DNA from: Promethearchaeota archaeon
GTDB taxonomy: Archaea; Asgardarchaeota; Lokiarchaeia; Sigyniarchaeales; SOKP01
Assembly (NCBI GenBank): GCA_008080735.1
Contig: SHMW01000027.1
Location: 1 to 35,239 of the forward strand
Length of the DNA stretch: 35,239 nucleotides
Reading direction: 5' to 3'
In this document: positions 1 through 10,300 of the stretch, one piece after another
Position numbering within the stretch: the first letter of the stretch is position 1
Layout of the letters: each line of letters starts with the position of its first letter
Made by a program: the position numbers and the translations under genes
Notes under the pieces: model-generated
Told to the model about the DNA's origin: nothing
The model's input: only the letters and a program-made list of their open reading frames with translations
The model's database searches: none

Positions 1-39
1 TTAATAGAATAAAGACTATATATTTTGCTATGAAAAATT

Positions 40-573
40 ATGAGCCATAAGCGAGATTATTACCTGAAGGTAATTATTCTGGGGGAATCAGCGGTTGGAA
101 AAACAAGCTTGGTTCTCAGATTTGTTTCTAATAGATTTATGGAAGATTATCGTTCCACAATAGGTACCAACATCTATATGAAAGATGTTAAATTATCAAA
201 TGGGCACACATATAATCTAAATTTGTGGGATATAGCCGGGCAAGAACGTTGGGCAAGGATGAGACATAAATACTATAAAGGGGGGCAAGGGGCAATTATT
301 GTTGGAGATTTGACACGACCATCTACGTTTGACCAGATTAAAGATTTTTGGATCCCCGATCTAAGCAAGTTCCTTTCAGATATACCCATATTACTTGTCG
401 GAAACAAAAATGATTTGGACCAAACAATAACTTATGAAGAGATAGAAGATTTAAAAGACGAGATTGGTGCGATGTATAAAATAATAACTTCGGCTAAGAC
501 AGGAGAGAATGTTGAAACTGCTTTTAAAACGTTAACCCGAGAAATAATTAAAGAAAATAATAGAAAAAATTAG
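40..573 (+). CDS. Ras-superfamily small GTPase, Rab-like
   Basis: G1 GESAVGKTS, G2 STIG, G3 WDIAGQE, G4 NKND, G5 SAKTG; RabF-like YYKGGQGA; no C-terminal Cys prenylation motif. The 3' end overlaps the convergent dehydrogenase by 4 nt. Confidence 0.95.
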   Translation: MSHKRDYYLKVIILGESAVGKTSLVLRFVSNRFMEDYRSTIGTNIYMKDVKLSNGHTYNLNLWDIAGQERWARMRHKYYKGGQGAIIVGDLTRPSTFDQIKDFWIPDLSKFLSDIPILLVGNKNDLDQTITYEEIEDLKDEIGAMYKIITSAKTGENVETAFKTLTREIIKENNRKN

Positions 574-1550
574 ATTTCCACGACTCTTTTAATATATTTT
601 CGCTCTCCCGATTCTAAATGCTCCTCAAAAGCGGTTTGTAAGTCGTTAAGCTTTACTATTTCACTTACAAACCATTCTGGATGGACTTTTTCATTTTTAA
701 TCAGATCTATTGATGCCATAATATCGTCCCTATCATGTGAAAGACAACCTTTAATACCAACTTCCTTATTATTAATTAGAAAGGTGGGCAATTCCACCGT
801 ACCTTTATGAATCCCTTCAAGAAGAATAGTTCCTCCGCGCTCAATCATACTGATTCCAAGCATTAGGGTCTCTTCATTTCCCACGCAGTCAAATATGTAG
901 GTGGGGCTGCCTTTTTTTTTTATGAATCGCTTTATTTTGCTCTTAGAGGGGGGAAAGGATTCAGTTGCTCCAAATTCCATCGCTTTATTCCTTAAAAATT
1001 CTTGAGGCTCTATCACAATTATATAATCGGGATTCTTCACGCCCAGTAAGGTATCTAAAAAACTTAGCCCAATATTTCCCCCACCAATAATCATTATTTT
1101 TTCATTCTTCCCAATTTGAGAAAGTTTCATCGCGCGGGTGACATTAGCAAAGGATTCAATCATCACGGCTTCTTTTAAGGAGATATTATCGGGCACGTGA
1201 AAGAGATACTTCTGCGGTACCAGAACATATTCAGCAAAACCACCGTTTTGAAATATACCGAGACCACCCAATTCTCCTTGACTGATATCGAGTTTAACAT
1301 TAATGCCAACCACTTTATCCCCTATACTAAATCCACTTATATCAGTACCCAGCTCTTTTATTATTCCAGAAAACTCGTGTCCCATAATGAGAGGTGTTTG
1401 ATACATTTTGTTACAGAAATTATGGATGTCGGAACCACAGATTCCGCAATAATGAACTTTAACAAGCGCATCCACTTTTCCAATTTCTGGTTTTGGATAA
1501 TCTTCACGATATTCAATCTTTTTTACATCTTGAAATATTGCTGCTTTCAT
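570..1550 (-). CDS. Zn-dependent medium-chain dehydrogenase (threonine/sorbitol dehydrogenase-like)
   Basis: CGICGSD, GHE catalytic-Zn motif, GGFAEY, Rossmann GGGNIG. ATG at 1550 (MKAAIF) preferred over TTG at 1559. Confidence 0.9.
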   Translation of the reverse strand: MKAAIFQDVKKIEYREDYPKPEIGKVDALVKVHYCGICGSDIHNFCNKMYQTPLIMGHEFSGIIKELGTDISGFSIGDKVVGINVKLDISQGELGGLGIFQNGGFAEYVLVPQKYLFHVPDNISLKEAVMIESFANVTRAMKLSQIGKNEKIMIIGGGNIGLSFLDTLLGVKNPDYIIVIEPQEFLRNKAMEFGATESFPPSKSKIKRFIKKKGSPTYIFDCVGNEETLMLGISMIERGGTILLEGIHKGTVELPTFLINNKEVGIKGCLSHDRDDIMASIDLIKNEKVHPEWFVSEIVKLNDLQTAFEEHLESGERKYIKRVVEI

Positions 1551-1761
1551 TATTATCAATTTAAGATATTTTTAGTTGAGTTCTAATATAGAACTCTTAT
1601 TCTTCGTTTTTAATTAGTCAAATATTATAATTAACATTATGGTTTTTTGATTCTGTTTTTGTTCGAAATCACTTACGTTTTATGGTTTGTAAACAAAACT
1701 TTTATGTAAGGAAAACATTTTTCTGTATTATTAGAATTATTTCTTAAAGGTTGATTTAATA

Positions 1762-2451
1762 TTGGAAGTTGCGCAGGAAGAACATATTAAAGGAGGAGGG
1801 AAAATTCGGAGTTTCATTCTGGGATTTAACGACGGTCTTATTAGTGTCTTCACCTTATTGGTGGGTATTGCGGCTGCGACTTTAAGACAAGGAAATGAAT
1901 TTGTCATTTTAACCGGTATGGCAGCCCTCGTCTCTGGATCTATTAGTATGGGGCTCGGGGAATATATCTCATCAAAAAGTGAGGCTCAATATATTAAGAA
2001 TGAGATGAAACGGGAGAGAGCAGAAATCAAACTATTTCCTGAAGAAGAGGAAGAAGAGGTTAGACAGATTTTAATGAAATGGGGGCTCAAAGGAGAAACA
2101 TTGGAGGGAGCTGTTAACACGATCACTTCAGATACACAATCTTGGATCGATTTTTTAATTAAAAGCGAACTTGGATTAGAGGAACCTGAAAGTCCCTTGA
2201 TTGGAGGGGGAATAACATTCGTGGCATTTGTTCTTGGTTCGTTAATCACGTTATTTCCGTATTTTATTCCGATTGGATTGACTTCTCTTATAATATCATC
2301 AATAATCTCCTTTTCGATGTTATTTATCGTTGGGGGATTAAAAACACGGATAACCGGAGGGAGTTTTGTAAAAAGCGGCATAGAAATGGTAATAGTGGGT
2401 CTTATTGGTTTTTTCGTGTCATATTTCGTTGGAACGTGGCTCGAGCCGTAA
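1762..2451 (+). CDS. VIT1/CCC1 family Fe/Mn transporter
   Basis: ILGFNDGL, SMGLGEYISSKSE, acidic cytoplasmic metal-binding region (PEEEEEEV) and about 5 hydrophobic helices; TTG start. Confidence 0.92.
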   Translation: MEVAQEEHIKGGGKIRSFILGFNDGLISVFTLLVGIAAATLRQGNEFVILTGMAALVSGSISMGLGEYISSKSEAQYIKNEMKRERAEIKLFPEEEEEEVRQILMKWGLKGETLEGAVNTITSDTQSWIDFLIKSELGLEEPESPLIGGGITFVAFVLGSLITLFPYFIPIGLTSLIISSIISFSMLFIVGGLKTRITGGSFVKSGIEMVIVGLIGFFVSYFVGTWLEP

Positions 2452-2460
2452 AAAACAAAA

Positions 2461-2485
2461 ATTTTTTCTTTTTCTTTTTTATTTT
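2461..2485 (+). terminator. Putative archaeal oligo-T terminator
   Basis: TTTTTTCTTTTTCTTTTTTATTTT directly after the VIT1 stop, between convergent genes. Confidence 0.5.
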
Positions 2486-2514
2486 AATATGAGTTTATAA
2501 GGACTTAGACCCTA

Positions 2515-3366
2515 TTAAATCGGAATAATATCAATTTTCCCTTTTGTGCTGATAGAGCCAACCACCGTTGATACATGTTTAGAATAGGAGCGTGAGCTGA
2601 AGATACTAAACAATTTTTCATCGAAATATGTTTTACAACCGTTCTTAACCCTTTCGTGCGATCTTATAACATATTTAATCTTATTTTTATTGATGAAATA
2701 ATCAAAAGCTTCTTCCCCGAAGTGTTTAATTCCAGCTCCGCGACTATTTCTCTTGAATTCCTTTGAACTCCATCGAAATTCTTTAGGATCATTCCATAAC
2801 ATTTGTTTAATTACGGGATCTTTAATTTGTGTTTGATTGTTTGGCAAATCATTAATCTCATCAATATTCTCCAAACCTTCGGGAATTCCCCCGTGTAAAC
2901 AGAGAATATCATTCCAAGTTATCGCCGCTAATGGTAATTTAGAAAAGATTTGATTATATGCCCTAAAAAAAGTCTTGTTATCTTTAAATTTCAATCTCAC
3001 TTGATCGTAGAATCCATATTGTCGATTTATAATAGGATCTTCGTGGTTTCCCCGAAGTAAAATTATTCTATCTGGAATTATCTTTTTATAATAAAATAGT
3101 ACATTAATTACTTCAACTTGTTTGGCACCTCGATCGACATAATCACCTAAAAATAGAAGGATATCATAATCATCGCGGAAAAACTGTTGGATTATTTTAT
3201 GTAATGTTCCAAGATCTCCATGGAGATCGCCTACTACCATTATTTTGGCTTGAGGGATGAAGACAAGGTTTTTCTCTTCACCGAGAATCGTTTCCATATC
3301 CTTTATTAAGGATAGAATCTGGTCATTTGAATAGGTCTCAATTACTTTAAAGAATCTTTGGGGCAT
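2515..3366 (-). CDS. PPP-family Ser/Thr protein phosphatase
   Basis: GDLHG, GDYVDRG, LRGNHE, HGG, LWNDP, RGAG..FG, RSHE and FS motifs in canonical order. Confidence 0.95.
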   Translation of the reverse strand: MPQRFFKVIETYSNDQILSLIKDMETILGEEKNLVFIPQAKIMVVGDLHGDLGTLHKIIQQFFRDDYDILLFLGDYVDRGAKQVEVINVLFYYKKIIPDRIILLRGNHEDPIINRQYGFYDQVRLKFKDNKTFFRAYNQIFSKLPLAAITWNDILCLHGGIPEGLENIDEINDLPNNQTQIKDPVIKQMLWNDPKEFRWSSKEFKRNSRGAGIKHFGEEAFDYFINKNKIKYVIRSHERVKNGCKTYFDEKLFSIFSSRSYSKHVSTVVGSISTKGKIDIIPI

Positions 3367-3458
3367 GCATTAATTTTTTACTTAAAACCTCTATAATTAA
3401 ATAGAGATAGAGGAAAAAAATAATTAAATTTTATTGATATAGTAAATTTCGATCAACC

Positions 3459-4271
3459 TTGAATGAGAAAAATGTAGACGTAATTAGCCGAATTTTTAAT
3501 TGGTATGACTTAGGGGATCTTTCCGAAGAGGAATTTTATAAGATGGCAAATAAAATCAATTTTGATTTAGAGAAAGAGATTATTTTCAAATGTAGTTTTA
3601 GTTATTACAAAAAATGTACGGTTTTTTCCCTAAATAAAACACCATTGCTTTTTTTAAAATATGTTCGAGAGAATTATTTTTCTGAAATATTGGGACTTCA
3701 CCTCACGCGATATTTCTTTGATCCCGCTCTCTGTTGCGATGGGTATTTAACGGGAATCTATCAAAAAGGACGCTTAATAAAACAAGAAATACCCTATATC
3801 TTAACGACGTATGTAGAAGGTGAGGATATTTCGAATTATAGATTAGCTGATTTTAAACATTATTTAGGTCGCCATTATTACCTCCATCATATATTATCGT
3901 TATATGATGTATATGATCGGCATCTTATAGTGCGAGATGATAAAAGTTTATGTAGAATAGATTTTGGGCGCTCGTTTGAAAATATGCAAAAAAATTATTT
4001 GGGGTTTGCAGATTATTTTAAGGTGAATGGAATTGATCCATCAGATAAGCAGATTCAAAATGGGTATGAAAAAGAAAAAGAAATTGTACGAAAAAATCTC
4101 GAAAATAAGAAATATGAATTGGCAAAAATCATTCGGATGATAAAAGAGCTTAAAGATGATAGAGAACTGATTTTTTTTGAGTCCCCTAAATTTGTAAATC
4201 GCCTAATTGACCATTGGAGTCAGATTAATTTCCTTGATGATATGGATTTGACAAAGATAGAATGGATATAG
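3459..4271 (+). CDS. Hypothetical protein with atypical kinase-like motifs (HipA/PI3-4-kinase-like fold)
   Basis: LFLKY (beta3 Lys), SEILG (alphaC Glu), TTYVEG (hinge), YDVYDRHLIV (catalytic loop) and CRIDFG (DFG) in kinase order and spacing; TTG start. Confidence 0.6.
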   Translation: MNEKNVDVISRIFNWYDLGDLSEEEFYKMANKINFDLEKEIIFKCSFSYYKKCTVFSLNKTPLLFLKYVRENYFSEILGLHLTRYFFDPALCCDGYLTGIYQKGRLIKQEIPYILTTYVEGEDISNYRLADFKHYLGRHYYLHHILSLYDVYDRHLIVRDDKSLCRIDFGRSFENMQKNYLGFADYFKVNGIDPSDKQIQNGYEKEKEIVRKNLENKKYELAKIIRMIKELKDDRELIFFESPKFVNRLIDHWSQINFLDDMDLTKIEWI

Positions 4272-4282
4272 AGCAATAATCT

Positions 4283-4861
4283 TTAATTTGGAGTGTCTAT
4301 TTCTTTAAAAAAGGTCTTAGAATGGTCACAGACGGGACAGTTCTCAGGGGGTTCTTCAAATTCGACATTTCCACATATCTGGCAAACATATATTTTCCTT
4401 TTTTCAATAGGAGTTCCTTTTGTAAGATATTTTGAATATAACGAGAAAAGATCCGCATGGACTTCTTCTGCATCGCGTGCTAAAGAAAATGACAATTCTG
4501 CCACCTCATTCCCTAATGATTTCGCATTTTTTTCAAATTGTTTATACATTTGTTTTGTTTCATATGTTTCCCCTTCTATAGCATCCTCTAGATTAGAAAA
4601 TGTATCTCCGGTTTTCTCTCTAAGTATTTCCTCATCAACATATACAAACTCGTCAAGATTCACTTCGGAATCAATCATGAGTGAGAGGGCACGGGTGTGA
4701 TTTTTAATATGGATACTTTCGGCAAAGGAAACAGCTTTGAAAAGATAAGCAATCTCGGGGTGATTTTCCTCCATCGCCTTTTCGGCATAAAGCTCATACT
4801 TTCTTTTCGCATTACTTTCCCCGTTAAGAGCTTCCTTTAAATTCTCAATTACAACGGACAT
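4283..4861 (-). CDS. rbr: Rubrerythrin
   Basis: GESNA..KY, ESIH, GETYE, EEVH diiron ligands plus C-terminal rubredoxin CQICG...CPVC. Confidence 0.93.
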   Translation of the reverse strand: MSVVIENLKEALNGESNAKRKYELYAEKAMEENHPEIAYLFKAVSFAESIHIKNHTRALSLMIDSEVNLDEFVYVDEEILREKTGDTFSNLEDAIEGETYETKQMYKQFEKNAKSLGNEVAELSFSLARDAEEVHADLFSLYSKYLTKGTPIEKRKIYVCQICGNVEFEEPPENCPVCDHSKTFFKEIDTPN

Positions 4862-4963
4862 AGGTTTTATCGAATAATGCTTTATTATGCTGCAAAAGAA
4901 TTATTGATTTTTAATCATTATTATTATGCTTAATAATTTTTAGAAAAATAGAGAAGAGAAAGA

Positions 4964-7099
4964 TTAAGAATCCTTTGAGGTAAACTTAATATGCCCAACA
5001 CGCGGTTCATAGAGCGTTCCCTCCGTAACGAGCTCTGAGAGGGCATTTTTGATAAAGTCTTCATCCAATCCCTCCTCTAAATCAAGGATTTGAATTATAT
5101 TTTTCTTTTCCAGCATTTTCCAATTATTCTCTTCAAAAATTTCCTTCAATCTTGAAAGCAATTTGTCGAGTTTATTCAATTTACTTCTAGATTCTCCAAC
5201 AAAAATTCTATCCATATCAATTTTTCCTGTAGTTTTATCATAACCTGTGTCTTTAAGATATCGATCAAATAGTTGAATGATCGCATCTACATCTTCCTTT
5301 AAGACGTCTTCTCTAAGTGCCATCTTCGCATGTGCTTCACTTAATCTCACAAGAGCATCAAGATTTCGAGCTAATATAGATACTATCGCATCTTCACTAT
5401 CATATTCTCCTCTCAATTTCAAGTAAAACTCTTTTATCTGTTCTTTCGCCTCATTTGTAAGAAATGGACGACAATTTCTCTTCGCATATTTGATATATTT
5501 TTTAAGTAAATCGCCTGGAATGGGTGCGATAATTTTTTCCTCCTCAGAGGCGGTATCTGACTCCCTCATCGCATTTTCTAGAATAAATTCGGCCATCTGT
5601 GCATCGTCAGCCCTATTCGGGCGATCTATCACTACAAAAATAAGATCAAAGCGCGAAAGAAGGGAGGGAGGTAATCGTATGTTTTGAGTAGGCGTTTTAT
5701 AGATATCATATCGACCAGAATGTGGATTTGCTGCCGCGATAATTGCTGTTTCTGCTTTAAGAGTGGCAACAATCCCCGCTTTAGCTATACTAATCGTTTG
5801 CTGTTCCATCCCTTCGTGTAAAGCCGATCTATCCGCCGAGTCCATCTTATCAAACTCGTCTATCGCCGCAACACCGCCATTTGCCAATACCATGGCACCG
5901 GCTTCTAAATTCATCTGACCGGTATCAGCGTCCTTAATAACCGCAGCAGTTAATCCTACTGCCGTAGAGCCTTTTCCAGAAGTATAAAGCCCTCGAGGAG
6001 AGATTTCAACAGAGCTTTTTAAGATTTCCGATTTGCCAGTTCCAGGATCCCCTACAAAGAGTACGTGAATATCTCCACGTTTATATCCTCCCCCGGGCTT
6101 CTTTTTTCGCGTCCCACTAAATAAGCTCAGCGCACAAGCCATTTTAAGGTCATCTCTTCCATAAATTGTGGGGGCTAGTGAGCGTGCGATCTTTTTTTGG
6201 ATCATCGGCTCTTTGGCGAGTTTCTGTATCTCTTCTTTCTCCTCTTTAGTAATATCAATTTGTTCTTCACTTTTATCCTCTGGATCGATATAATTCACTT
6301 CCACGAATGTTTTGAAGAGAGTGGAATTATTACTTCTCATTGATGTAGCTAAAACAGAACGAAAAACACCCATAAGTTTAACTCGATCACCCGGCTTGAC
6401 ATAGTCGACTAACTCTTGAGTAAGGATTGCTTGAACCGATCGCGGAATTCTTCCTGCCGGTAGATCTTCAGGTACTTCTTGTATTGTAATACTCTGCCAA
6501 TCGATAAATTCAGATTTTTTAGTGATTAATCGAAAATCTGATTTTGCTTTTGCCTTGCAACGTTTATTCACGCAAAAACCCGGCCATTTAATTTTTGAAG
6601 TAAGCTGAATAACTTCAAAGGTGGCGCCACAAACAAGACATTCAAAGGTGGCTTTGGTGAGTTTTGGTCTAATTGTGGAACTTCGAATTGTGATTCCTTT
6701 TAACCAGACTAATTGATCTATATGTTTGGAGCGTAGTCCTCGAATAGTAACGCCTAAAGTGCTTTTTTCATCCTGAGAGGATACGCGCACAAAATAGTCA
6801 TCGTAGCTGAGTTTTCCTCCAGAAAGATATTTAAGGCTGTTTTTGAAAGCTTCGACAGCTTCGTCTAATAAGGCTTCGGGATCCTTTTTAAGCATTTCTG
6901 CGAGTTTTGGATCAAAAGATAAGAGATCTTCATAGGAAAAAACTAATGAATTTCTTCCTTTCGAATCAACTTCTTTGATCTGTTCATAATACTTATATTC
7001 TCCCGGAGATTCTTCAAAATGGCGATAAAAATCCTCAAATTTCTGAACTGGGTTAATGGGTGTAGAAGGACTTGATATAGGTTGGGTAATGATTATCAC
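4964..7099 (-). CDS. mcm: Replicative helicase MCM
   Basis: Zn finger CLVC...CVNKRC, Walker A GDPGTGKS, GLTAAV, Walker B IDEFDKM, AANP, arginine finger SRFD, C-terminal winged helix; no intein; GTG start uncertain. Confidence 0.98.
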   Translation of the reverse strand: MIIITQPISSPSTPINPVQKFEDFYRHFEESPGEYKYYEQIKEVDSKGRNSLVFSYEDLLSFDPKLAEMLKKDPEALLDEAVEAFKNSLKYLSGGKLSYDDYFVRVSSQDEKSTLGVTIRGLRSKHIDQLVWLKGITIRSSTIRPKLTKATFECLVCGATFEVIQLTSKIKWPGFCVNKRCKAKAKSDFRLITKKSEFIDWQSITIQEVPEDLPAGRIPRSVQAILTQELVDYVKPGDRVKLMGVFRSVLATSMRSNNSTLFKTFVEVNYIDPEDKSEEQIDITKEEKEEIQKLAKEPMIQKKIARSLAPTIYGRDDLKMACALSLFSGTRKKKPGGGYKRGDIHVLFVGDPGTGKSEILKSSVEISPRGLYTSGKGSTAVGLTAAVIKDADTGQMNLEAGAMVLANGGVAAIDEFDKMDSADRSALHEGMEQQTISIAKAGIVATLKAETAIIAAANPHSGRYDIYKTPTQNIRLPPSLLSRFDLIFVVIDRPNRADDAQMAEFILENAMRESDTASEEEKIIAPIPGDLLKKYIKYAKRNCRPFLTNEAKEQIKEFYLKLRGEYDSEDAIVSILARNLDALVRLSEAHAKMALREDVLKEDVDAIIQLFDRYLKDTGYDKTTGKIDMDRIFVGESRSKLNKLDKLLSRLKEIFEENNWKMLEKKNIIQILDLEEGLDEDFIKNALSELVTEGTLYEPRVGHIKFTSKDS

Positions 7100-7364
7100 T
7101 CTTTCTTTTTTATATTTACTAAAATATATCTATTAAATTTTTAATCCTCTTATTAATAAAATAATAATGTCGTTAGTTTAAAGCCGAGAGTAGCGAATTT
7201 CTATAAATATATCAATTGATCATAGATTTCCTAAATAATCGTAGAGTAATTAAAAGATTATTATATTAATTAGGTAATAAGAGAGGTAATAAAGAGTGGG
7301 GGTCTGGAAAATTAGTGAAAGAAATTTTGGAATTTTATCACAGACAATATAAGCATATTAAATT

Positions 7365-10300
7365 TTACCCTTCAGTTAACCTATGAAGCACCCCACAAAT
7401 AGTTTCGTCTTGAGACATCTCACATCTGATTTTTAATAACGAGATTACACGTTTTTTGATTTCTTCTTCTTCATATCGAACTGTTCGTCCCAAAAGAATC
7501 GCTATGGAACGTTGGAGCTCAATAGAAAACTCATCGCTGAGATGTTTTAGTAATTTTGGTAAAAATGGGGTGATCCCCTTTTGTCGAATTATTTCATCCA
7601 TTGAATTGATCATTCGGTTTCGCACATTCTCAGAGGGGTCTTCCAGTAAATCAAAAATCTCATCAAAAATGTTATCAATATCAACTTCTACATACCGCTT
7701 TAGTAATTTTGCTGTTGCTTCCCTCACATTTTCGTTTTCATGTTGGGTATTGTTCTTGATTATTTTAAATGGTATTTCAGACGGTTTTAGTTCTTTAATT
7801 TCAGAGAGCAGGTTGATAGCCGATCGCCTAACCCATGTTTCCTCATCATCAAGTAGGGAAATTAATTTTTTAATAACAAAATCTTTATTTTTTATCTGAG
7901 CAACTATTTTTCCCAGAGCGTTAATTGCTGCTTCTCTTACAATCCAATCCTCATCTGAAAGAGCTTCGTTCAGTAAAGCGTCTACTGCGTCTTTATAATT
8001 TTCTGAAAGTGCCCCTATTTTCCCGATCATTTTAGCCGCAGATTCACGTATGAATGAGTCCTGTTCTGAAAATAATTGTATGGCAGAATCAATTGAGATT
8101 AGATTTGGGTTATTTTCGGCAATTTCCGAGAATGATTTGACTAGAGTTATTTTTACTGAAGTCTCTTGTTCATCAAACACCTCTAAAAATTCATTTATTA
8201 CAGGTTTTATGCTTTGAGGATCTTGTTTTGCAATTTTTGCCAAGATCTTTGATGCTTCCTTTTTAATTCCCTCTTCTGAAGTAGTTTTTAAAATTGATAA
8301 AATTCGTTTTATATCAATCTGATCTGAATATTCATCAGCTAAACCTTCTAAAGCCGAAAAAACATTTAATTGGATATCTTTATTTTCCGATTCAGATAAT
8401 TTGATTAATTCGGGTATAATTTTGTCAGGATAAGATTGCGCCATTTTAATAAGCGTACGAGAGATGATCCCTTTAGAAACGAATCTTGAGACGTCTGGGA
8501 TTTTTACTAATTCAGATAAAATTAATTTAGGATCATATTTCGTTTTTTCCACTAGTATTTGGGAGACTTTACTTTTTATATCTACACTATCAACTTTGAT
8601 AAAATCTAAAAGGATATTTAGAATTTCCTCTTCATTTTTTCGCCACATATTTCCTAATACTGATATAATGCTCAATAGTGAATCTGTATCCCGCTTATCT
8701 ATTTTATTAATGATATTTTTGATGTCGATAGCTTTCGGTTTTTCTTTGAAATATTTACTGATTGCAAACACCGATGCTTCTCTCAATTTTGGATTTTGGC
8801 TTGAAAGACCATCTAAAATGGGAGGGATTGGGATTGAATATTTTTTAAAATTACCAAGATTACCTAGAACCTCAAAAATTGCAGCTCTGACTAAACTTGA
8901 AGGATCTCTCATCAATGGAATTAAATTTGGGATTAATTCAGAATCAAACTCATCAAGCTTAAAATTTTTTAAATTTTTAATCGCAGAAGCTCTAATTTTT
9001 TTATTGGGATGATTTATTTTATTAATAATAAGATCGATGGGAACCTTATAGGAGGTTTTTGATAAAATATTTAAAGCCTCAACTTGGATCTTGTTTTCAG
9101 GATCGTTTAATAAGCTTTGGATATTTAAGTTATCCATTCCTACGTCTACTTCCTTAATCAAACGGGAAATTGCTTTCAGAGAGATCAATTTTAATCTCCA
9201 TTCAGGATCCTCAGTTAATTCGGTTAATAGTTTGATAGGGATCAATTTTAGAAATGAAAAATTGGTCTCAATTAAAGACTGTGCAATTCGGATACTTTTA
9301 TCATAATTCGGTGATCTCAATTCTTCAATAACCCACTGCTTAATCTTTTCCGGCGCTTCATCTTGAAGCATCAAAAAAATTTTATAGCTTACTTCTCTCA
9401 CTTTAGGATCATCATCACATAATCCATCTAATAGTTGGTATTTGATTTTGATATGGTCTATATCAATATCAACTTTATGAGGAATTCTCTCGTACATTTT
9501 AATTAAGGCTTTTTGAGCATTTTTACTAACTTCCGGGTCGCTACTTTTAAGATAATTGAATAATGGAACCGGATCGAAAGTTTGGGCATACTGGTTAATT
9601 TTTGAAAATTTTAAATTTATATTAAACTCGCTTTTCCTTGAGAGGAAATAATAAGAAGTAAACGTGATAAGTACAATTTCTTCTATAACTGCTGGAATTG
9701 CAAATAATATGGAGTTAGGGGGGATAGTTGCAGTAAATACCCATGAATTAAAGGTTTCTGTCAATTTATCGATATTTACAATAAGAAAATTCACAAGAAC
9801 ATTAATCCCCACAGCAGCCATTAAATATGCGGCAAAGAATACGTCTATTCCTCTATACTGGATTTTTCTACCCCAAAATCGTGTAAAATATCCAACCACT
9901 CCAAACAAAAGAGTGACAAACACCATTCCCGAGTAAGAATAAGTCGAGATCGCAAGAGAACCAGTTGCTAAGAAACCCAAAGTCTGGAACATTGATATCC
10001 ATTGCCATACAAATACAAACAACATCAAACCTAAAGTAATATATGGAAAAGGATCATCGATAAATTCATCCATACTTCTTTTAGAATCTTCATATCCTAG
10101 AAAAATTGATCTTTTCATATCTGGAATATGGATAAAAGCATTCGTGATTCCCGCAATGTATCCTTTAGCACCGAAATATGTGAGAATCATCAATGGATAA
10201 ACTAAAAACCAAGTTGACCATATCATAATAAAAGGAACTCCTGCAAGAGTTATCAATAGCGGAGGGACAACAAAAATCAGAAAATAAACACCCAGAGAAA

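Noticed and set aside
911-921. T10 homopolymer in the dehydrogenase as a phase-variation tract
   Set aside because: Encodes KKK in an intact frame; such runs are common in this AT-rich sequence.
7100-7364. Possible replication origin next to mcm (AT-rich, GGGGGTCTGGAAA at about 7298-7310)
   Set aside because: Only one partial ORB-like match, no repeated ORBs and no cdc6/orc1 in the window.
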